From: Candidatus Woesearchaeota archaeon
Lineage (GTDB): Archaea; Nanobdellota; Nanobdellia; Woesearchaeales; JACQSR01
DNA length: 64,000 nt
NCBI GenBank assembly: GCA_016211215.1
Contig: JACQSR010000014.1
Coordinates: 14,980 to 78,979, forward strand
Direction of reading: 5' to 3'
In this document: positions 58,818 through 64,000 of the stretch, one piece after another
How the letters are laid out: every line of letters begins with the position of its first letter
How positions within the stretch are numbered: the stretch's first letter is position 1
Position numbers and translations under genes: made by a program
The notes under the pieces: model-generated
Seen by the model: the letters and a program-made list of their open reading frames with translations, nothing else
What the model was told of the DNA's origin: nothing
Databases searched by the model: none

Positions 58818-60616
58818 TTTAAACCCCGGGCGGACCTTGACTTCAGGATGTCCTGCCACGTCTGCTTGAATATGACATTTCCGCCGATGATTTCCTTCAG
58901 CGAACCGCCGGCAGGCAGCATGGGCCATATGTTCTTTTCCTTTTCTACCATCACGTCAATCACCGTGGTCTCGCCGCTTTTGTAGGCTGTCCTAAACGCC
59001 TCTGCAAGCTCGGATTTTCTGGTGACAGTTATTCCCGGCAGCCTGTATGCTTCAGCCATTTTCTCAAAGCTTGGGTTGTCCGTAAAGTGCACGGTCGAGT
59101 ATCTTTTGTTGTTGAAAGTTTCAAGCCACTGGCGCACCATGCCCAAATATTGGTTGTTCATGATTACCGGAATTACCTTGATGTTTTCTTCCTTGCACAC
59201 CGCAAGCTCCTGGGAAGTCATCTGGAAGCTTCCGTCACCGTCAATGTCTATAACCTCTACTGAAGGCCTGCCGACCTTTGCGCCTATCGCAGCAGGAAAT
59301 CCAAAGCCCATGGTGCCTGCACCGCCGGAGGAAATCCATGTTCTCGGCAAAGTCCTTGACATGTAAAGCTGGGCAAACATCTGGTGCTGCCCAACTCCCG
59401 TTGCTACAATATCTTTTGGCTTTATCATCCTCGAGATTGTCTGGATGGAAAATATCTGGGTAAGCCCTTCCGTCTTTATGTCCCTTTCATGGTGGCTTTC
59501 AACTATTGCCTTGACATCTTTTATCCTCCTGTTCCATTCGGAATGCTTATGATGCCTCTTCGCTCCGGCATTTCTGACTGCTTTCACGAGCTGAACAAGG
59601 CACTGCTTTGCATCGCCCGTTATGGCAACTTCCGCTTCAACGTTTTTTCCTATCTCTGCAGGGTCTATGTCTATATGGATTATCTTTTTTCCTTCCTGGA
59701 ATGACTTTGTGTCTCCGGTAATCCTGTCGGAGAACCTGCATCCAACCGCTATAAGCAAATCAGAGTTGATTACTGCGTAGTTTGCGTGCTCCTCGCCGTG
59801 CATGCCCAAAACTCCCAAACTCAATGGGTGTGTTTCTGGAAAAGCGCCTTTGCCCATCAGGGTTGTTGCAATGGGGCAGTTTACGGTTTCAGCGAGCTGC
59901 CTTACCTGATGCGAGGCATTTGAGATTATTACTCCGCCGCCGGAAATTATCAGCGGCCGCTCGGCTTCCATAATGAGCTCGGCTGCGTCCAGAACCTGCT
60001 GCCTGCCGGGCTGAGGGACTGGGTGAAGTGAGTATGCAAACTTTCTTGCAGAGTTTTTGGAGGCCGTTTTTGTCTGAATATCTTTTGGAACGTCAATGTA
60101 AACGGGACCGGGCCTGCCTTCCGTCGAGATTTTGTATGCCCTTGTCAGGGTTTCCGCTATGTCATCAACATGGCGAATCTGGAAATTGTGCTTTGTGATG
60201 GGCATTGTTACGCCTATCATGTCAGTTTCCTGAAATGCGTCGTTCCCTATAAGAAACGTTGGAACCTGGCCGGAGATTGCAATTATGGGTGTTGAATCCA
60301 TGTAAGCATCCGCAATGCCAGTAACCAGGTTGCATGCCCCGGGACCTGAAGTTGAAATGCAAATTCCGGGCTTGCCGGTAACCCTTGCATATCCCTCTGC
60401 AGCATGGACTGCGCCCTGCTCGTGGCGCATCAGTATGTTCCTTATCCTTCCCTTGTAGTCAAAGACAGCGTCGTAGAATGGTATTATTGCGCCACCGGTG
60501 ATTCCAAATAGCGTGTTGACGCCAAGCTTCACAAGCGTTTCCGTCATGACATATTTGCCAATAGCCCTGTCCTTGGAAGTTATTTTTCTTGACTGCTGCA
60601 TTACCGGAGTTACCAT
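58814..60616 (-). CDS. ilvB: acetolactate synthase large subunit
   Basis: RHEQGAVH, TSGPG, GVGQHQM, GDGSFQM...NNQYLGMVRQW. Confidence 0.97.
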   Translation of the reverse strand: MVTPVMQQSRKITSKDRAIGKYVMTETLVKLGVNTLFGITGGAIIPFYDAVFDYKGRIRNILMRHEQGAVHAAEGYARVTGKPGICISTSGPGACNLVTGIADAYMDSTPIIAISGQVPTFLIGNDAFQETDMIGVTMPITKHNFQIRHVDDIAETLTRAYKISTEGRPGPVYIDVPKDIQTKTASKNSARKFAYSLHPVPQPGRQQVLDAAELIMEAERPLIISGGGVIISNASHQVRQLAETVNCPIATTLMGKGAFPETHPLSLGVLGMHGEEHANYAVINSDLLIAVGCRFSDRITGDTKSFQEGKKIIHIDIDPAEIGKNVEAEVAITGDAKQCLVQLVKAVRNAGAKRHHKHSEWNRRIKDVKAIVESHHERDIKTEGLTQIFSIQTISRMIKPKDIVATGVGQHQMFAQLYMSRTLPRTWISSGGAGTMGFGFPAAIGAKVGRPSVEVIDIDGDGSFQMTSQELAVCKEENIKVIPVIMNNQYLGMVRQWLETFNNKRYSTVHFTDNPSFEKMAEAYRLPGITVTRKSELAEAFRTAYKSGETTVIDVMVEKEKNIWPMLPAGGSLKEIIGGNVIFKQTWQDILKSRSARGLK

Positions 60617-60617
60617 T

Positions 60618-62174
60618 TTAATCTCCAACGTCCTCCGGCTTTATACTCTTTTTGGGTTTGTGCATCAGGGCATAGTTCACTCCCTTAATAAGCGCCTCAA
60701 CGGATGCCTTTACGATGTCTTCATTGACGGAGCCTGCCTTGAACTTCTCGCAGTTTTTGTTCTCGACTGTTATTGCAACGTCCGCAAGCGCGTCAGTTCC
60801 GCCGGTGATTGCCTTGAGATTGTAAGAGGTTAATTTCAATGAGGGATCCACCAGCTGCTTTATTGCCTTTGAGGCAGCATCAACAGGCCCAACTCCGGTT
60901 GCAGAACCCACCTTCTCCTTTCCGTCGACTTCAAGCTTTACCGTTGCTGTAGGGGTTACATTAGAGCCTGTCATGATTGCAAATTCCCTGAGCTTAACCT
61001 TCTGCTCCTGGCCTGACAATGCCTGGGTTGCATCATTGGCAATTGCGATTATGTCTGCCCGCTCAACTTCCTTCTGCTTGTCCGCCAAGTCTTTTATCCT
61101 CGAGGTTATTGCTGAAACCTGGACTTTTGAGAATTCATAGCCCATCTCCTTAAGGACATTTTCCACCGCGTGCTTTCCGGAATGCTTTCCTATGACTATG
61201 CCTTCCCCTTCCCACCCCACATCCGATGCGCGCATAATCTCATAGGTTTCACGCGCGCTTATCACGCCGTGCTGGTGGATTCCTGCCTCGTGGGCAAATG
61301 CGTTTTTTCCCACAATTGCCTTGTTGCGCTGGACTGAAATTCCAGTTAAGCTTGATACAAGCTTTGATGCGGCGAAAATCTCACCGATGTTTATGGACGT
61401 GAAAGCACCATTAAAGTAATTGGAGCGCACCCTGAGGTTCATGACGCATTCCTCAAGCGAAGCGTTTCCCGCGCGCTCACCCAATCCATTAATAGTGCAT
61501 TCTATCTGCGTGGCGCCTGCGTTGACTGCAGCCAATGAGTTTGCAACCGCATTTCCAAGGTCATTGTGGCAGTGGACCGAGATGGTTATCTTGCTGCTTT
61601 CGGGGACTTTCTTTCTCAGATACGTTATCCTTTGGGCAAACTCTTCAGGCTCTGCATATCCAACTGTATCGGGAATGTTTATGGTTGTTGCGCCTGCCTT
61701 TATTGCGGCGCTTACAACATCGCACATGTAGTTAATATCTGTCCGCGAAGCGTCTTCCGGGGAGAATTCCACGTCACGGGTGTATTTCTTTGCGCGCTTT
61801 ATGCCTTCAACGGCAATTTTGATTACCTCTTCCTTGGATATCCTCAGCTTCTTTTCCATGTGTATTTGGGAGGTTGCAATAAATACATGTATCCTCCTTT
61901 TCTTTGCAGGTTTTATTGCTTCCCAGGCGCGGTCTATATCGGCAGGCATGCACCTTGCCAAGGCGCAGATTACGGGGCCTTTCACCTTCTGGGCAATTAA
62001 TTTTACGGCATCAAAGTCGCCCTGCGATGCTATCGGGAATCCCGCCTCTATGACATCCACATTAAGCCTGGCAAGCTGCTTTGCAATGATTAGCTTTTCC
62101 CGTATGTTAAGCGATGCTCCCGGCGACTGCTCGCCGTCTCGCAATGTCGTGTCAAATATTTTTATTCTTCCCAT
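60618..62174 (-). CDS. leuA: 2-isopropylmalate synthase
   Basis: FDTTLRDGEQ, HCHNDLG, GERAGN, C-terminal regulatory domain GVGPVDA. Confidence 0.95.
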   Translation of the reverse strand: MGRIKIFDTTLRDGEQSPGASLNIREKLIIAKQLARLNVDVIEAGFPIASQGDFDAVKLIAQKVKGPVICALARCMPADIDRAWEAIKPAKKRRIHVFIATSQIHMEKKLRISKEEVIKIAVEGIKRAKKYTRDVEFSPEDASRTDINYMCDVVSAAIKAGATTINIPDTVGYAEPEEFAQRITYLRKKVPESSKITISVHCHNDLGNAVANSLAAVNAGATQIECTINGLGERAGNASLEECVMNLRVRSNYFNGAFTSINIGEIFAASKLVSSLTGISVQRNKAIVGKNAFAHEAGIHQHGVISARETYEIMRASDVGWEGEGIVIGKHSGKHAVENVLKEMGYEFSKVQVSAITSRIKDLADKQKEVERADIIAIANDATQALSGQEQKVKLREFAIMTGSNVTPTATVKLEVDGKEKVGSATGVGPVDAASKAIKQLVDPSLKLTSYNLKAITGGTDALADVAITVENKNCEKFKAGSVNEDIVKASVEALIKGVNYALMHKPKKSIKPEDVGD

Positions 62175-62178
62175 TTTG

Positions 62179-62264
62179 GTTCCTTTCCTGCGGCTGTAAA
62201 TCTAACGTTTGCAACGATGAACGCCTTGGTGTTTGGGCAAGGCTCACAACAGCAGCACAAGAAC
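62179..62264 (-). promoter_or_regulatory. putative translational attenuator hairpin sequestering the leuA RBS
   Basis: GUUCUUGUGCUGCUGUUGUGA (62264-62244) pairs at 18/21 positions with UUACAGCCGCAGGAAAGGAAC (62199-62179). Confidence 0.7.
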
Positions 62265-62309
62265 TGAGACTAGCAAAACTGCCAACACGGCTGAAGTGAT
62301 GTTAGTCAT
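62244..62309 (-). CDS. Leu/Val-rich leader peptide MTNITSAVLAVLLVSVLVLLL
   Basis: ATG about 24 nt after TTTAAAAA box; 13 of 21 codons Leu/Val/Ile; stop ~70 nt upstream of leuA. Confidence 0.75.
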   Translation of the reverse strand: MTNITSAVLAVLLVSVLVLLL

Positions 62310-62361
62310 TGCCGACTGCGGAGAGACACTTATTTTTAAAGATTGCGGTTTTTGTTATTTG

Positions 62362-62595
62362 CTACATCTTTTCCAGGGCCTTCTGCATTAAGGGAATTAT
62401 TGTCTCTGCCTCGTCCTTGAACATCCTGCCGAGCTTTGAGAATGTCCACTCTCCGTTCTGGTTGCGGTTTTCGCGCGAGATTTGGAGCTTCTTTTCGCCC
62501 TCGCTGTACTGGAAAACCCCGACCTTGATTCTTGTTGTCTCAAATTCCTTTGTTTCCGACCAGATTTCCTTGTCCAGATTTTTGTCAAATGCCAT
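62362..62595 (-). CDS. small PC4/YdbC-like ssDNA-binding protein
   Basis: RIKVGVFQYSEGEKKLQISRE...FSKLGRM. Confidence 0.6.
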   Translation of the reverse strand: MAFDKNLDKEIWSETKEFETTRIKVGVFQYSEGEKKLQISRENRNQNGEWTFSKLGRMFKDEAETIIPLMQKALEKM

Positions 62596-62811
62596 TTGAA
62601 AGTGTATTTACGGGCCGGTTTTAAGGTTTTCCATAATTTGGACAGCTGTTGATTAGTATCGTCCCACTTAGAATACGACAGCACCTTTTGGGTAGTTATA
62701 TTCTCTCGCTTATTTTATAGCACGGAAATGAATTTATATATGGGATGCCTACTAGACAGTGAAGGTAGAAATGCCTCATTCCCAAGTGAATACGAGGGAC
62801 TGAGCGATCTA

Positions 62812-64000
62812 TCACCTCTTTTTTCCCAGCAGGCGCGTTTGCCTGCTCGGGTTTTTAATGACCGCAACAAGGTATCCGGCTACCAGGCCGATGATTAATG
62901 CGATGGCTATTGAAAGCAAGGTTGTGTTGTTGGATTGCAATTCCTGAGCCATTGCGGGCGCTTTTCCGCGCTCCTGGAAGTAGAGGTCAAGGTTGCTTAA
63001 TTCAAGCGCATACTCGGAATACAAAAGGGCAGAGTACTTGTCCGTCTTTGCAAGATTGCTTGCATACTCATAGTAAGAATACCCAAGTATCGGGAATATG
63101 CCCTTTGAAGACTGCCTTGCAATGCTTGATTTTGCAAGGTTGATTTTCTTATAGACGTACTCGTCAAACTGGCCCTCGGTAACGCCAAGCATATTCAGGG
63201 GCACGTTGACTTCGGCCTTTGCCTTTGAAGCCTTGAACAGGCACAATGCATAATTGCCCCTATCAAGCTCCTTATTGGCGCCTGAAAAATCGCTGGACGC
63301 ATCAAAAGTCCTGTCAGGGAAAAATATCTGCAGGTATTGCGCGCGCTCCTCAACCTCAAGCAGCGCTTGCTGGCAGGAATCCCTTAGAATATTTTTATTC
63401 ATGTTGAACTCCTTTCCGCGGTGGTCAAAAAAGGTGTACCAGGAGAATGCAGAGTAGATGCGCTCATTGGCATACGCAAGATTGTAAAATTTATCACCAT
63501 TATCTGCCGACATGGACTTGTTCACGAAATCATCTGCTTCTTCCAGGCGCTCCTTGACGGCAATGTAACTTTCCAAATCAGTAATGGTCCTTATGTCCTT
63601 GCTTTCAATTTCTGAATCAAGCTTAAGTATATTGGTGACTATATGGGAATACATATTTTTCATTTCTTCAGGAGAGGATTCCTTTTCCTGAAGGATAAGG
63701 GTGAGGTATTTTACATTCGCGCCAAAGCAGAAAGACGCAGATGAATAGTAATCGCCATTTTGGTAGGCATCCATGCCCCTAGAGGTGAGGTTAAGCGCCT
63801 CTTCGCTGCTTTTTGCTGGAGTATCGTTCATGAGCTTGCTGCTTCTCCCGCACAGGTCATCGGCAAGGAACCTCATGGTTTCACGATAGGAATTGTCAAC
63901 CTCTATGCTGCTGTTATTTGCATCAATGTATTTGCCGGAAAGCTGGTAGAGGGCCGTGTTAACGTCAGATACTTCAACCACCTCCACGCCAAGTGATTTT
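62812..64000 (-). CDS. C-terminal part of a membrane-anchored Lon-like (S16) serine protease (partial)
   Basis: VVEVSDVNTAL end of protease domain, YYSSASFCF, PILGYSYYEYA, C-terminal TM; open to the window edge. Confidence 0.7.
   Translation of the reverse strand, partial: KSLGVEVVEVSDVNTALYQLSGKYIDANNSSIEVDNSYRETMRFLADDLCGRSSKLMNDTPAKSSEEALNLTSRGMDAYQNGDYYSSASFCFGANVKYLTLILQEKESSPEEMKNMYSHIVTNILKLDSEIESKDIRTITDLESYIAVKERLEEADDFVNKSMSADNGDKFYNLAYANERIYSAFSWYTFFDHRGKEFNMNKNILRDSCQQALLEVEERAQYLQIFFPDRTFDASSDFSGANKELDRGNYALCLFKASKAKAEVNVPLNMLGVTEGQFDEYVYKKINLAKSSIARQSSKGIFPILGYSYYEYASNLAKTDKYSALLYSEYALELSNLDLYFQERGKAPAMAQELQSNNTTLLSIAIALIIGLVAGYLVAVIKNPSRQTRLLGKKR

Noticed and set aside
62700-62811. 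TATA-like box and weak hairpin downstream of the Lon-like gene
   Set aside because: Only tiny ORFs and a marginal stem; insufficient evidence for an RNA gene.

Overview
Archaeal chromosomal segment, identified by ABCE1, Topo VI A/B, RIO1, Dim2/KH, archaeal DnaG, SRP RNA and intron-containing tRNAs. The leaderless TATA-type promoters and gene content suggest a DPANN/Woesearchaeota-like lineage (inference). It carries a complete trpEGD(CF)BA operon next to trpS and a scattered branched-chain amino acid cluster (leuA-ilvBN, leuB-ilvC, thrB, leuC, leuD-ilvD, ilvE), plus four toxin-antitoxin-like cassettes. The strongest unannotated signal is a 21-codon Leu/Val-rich leader peptide upstream of leuA. 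Its last codons pair (18 of 21 positions) with the leuA ribosome-binding site, making it a candidate archaeal ribosome-stalling translational attenuator. Other signals are three families of small structured repeats, a 156-nt T-loop BHB intron in tRNA-Pro built from a tRNA-associated repeat, and a ~280-nt structured leader before dnaG. All calls were made by eye from the sequence; no database searches were run.
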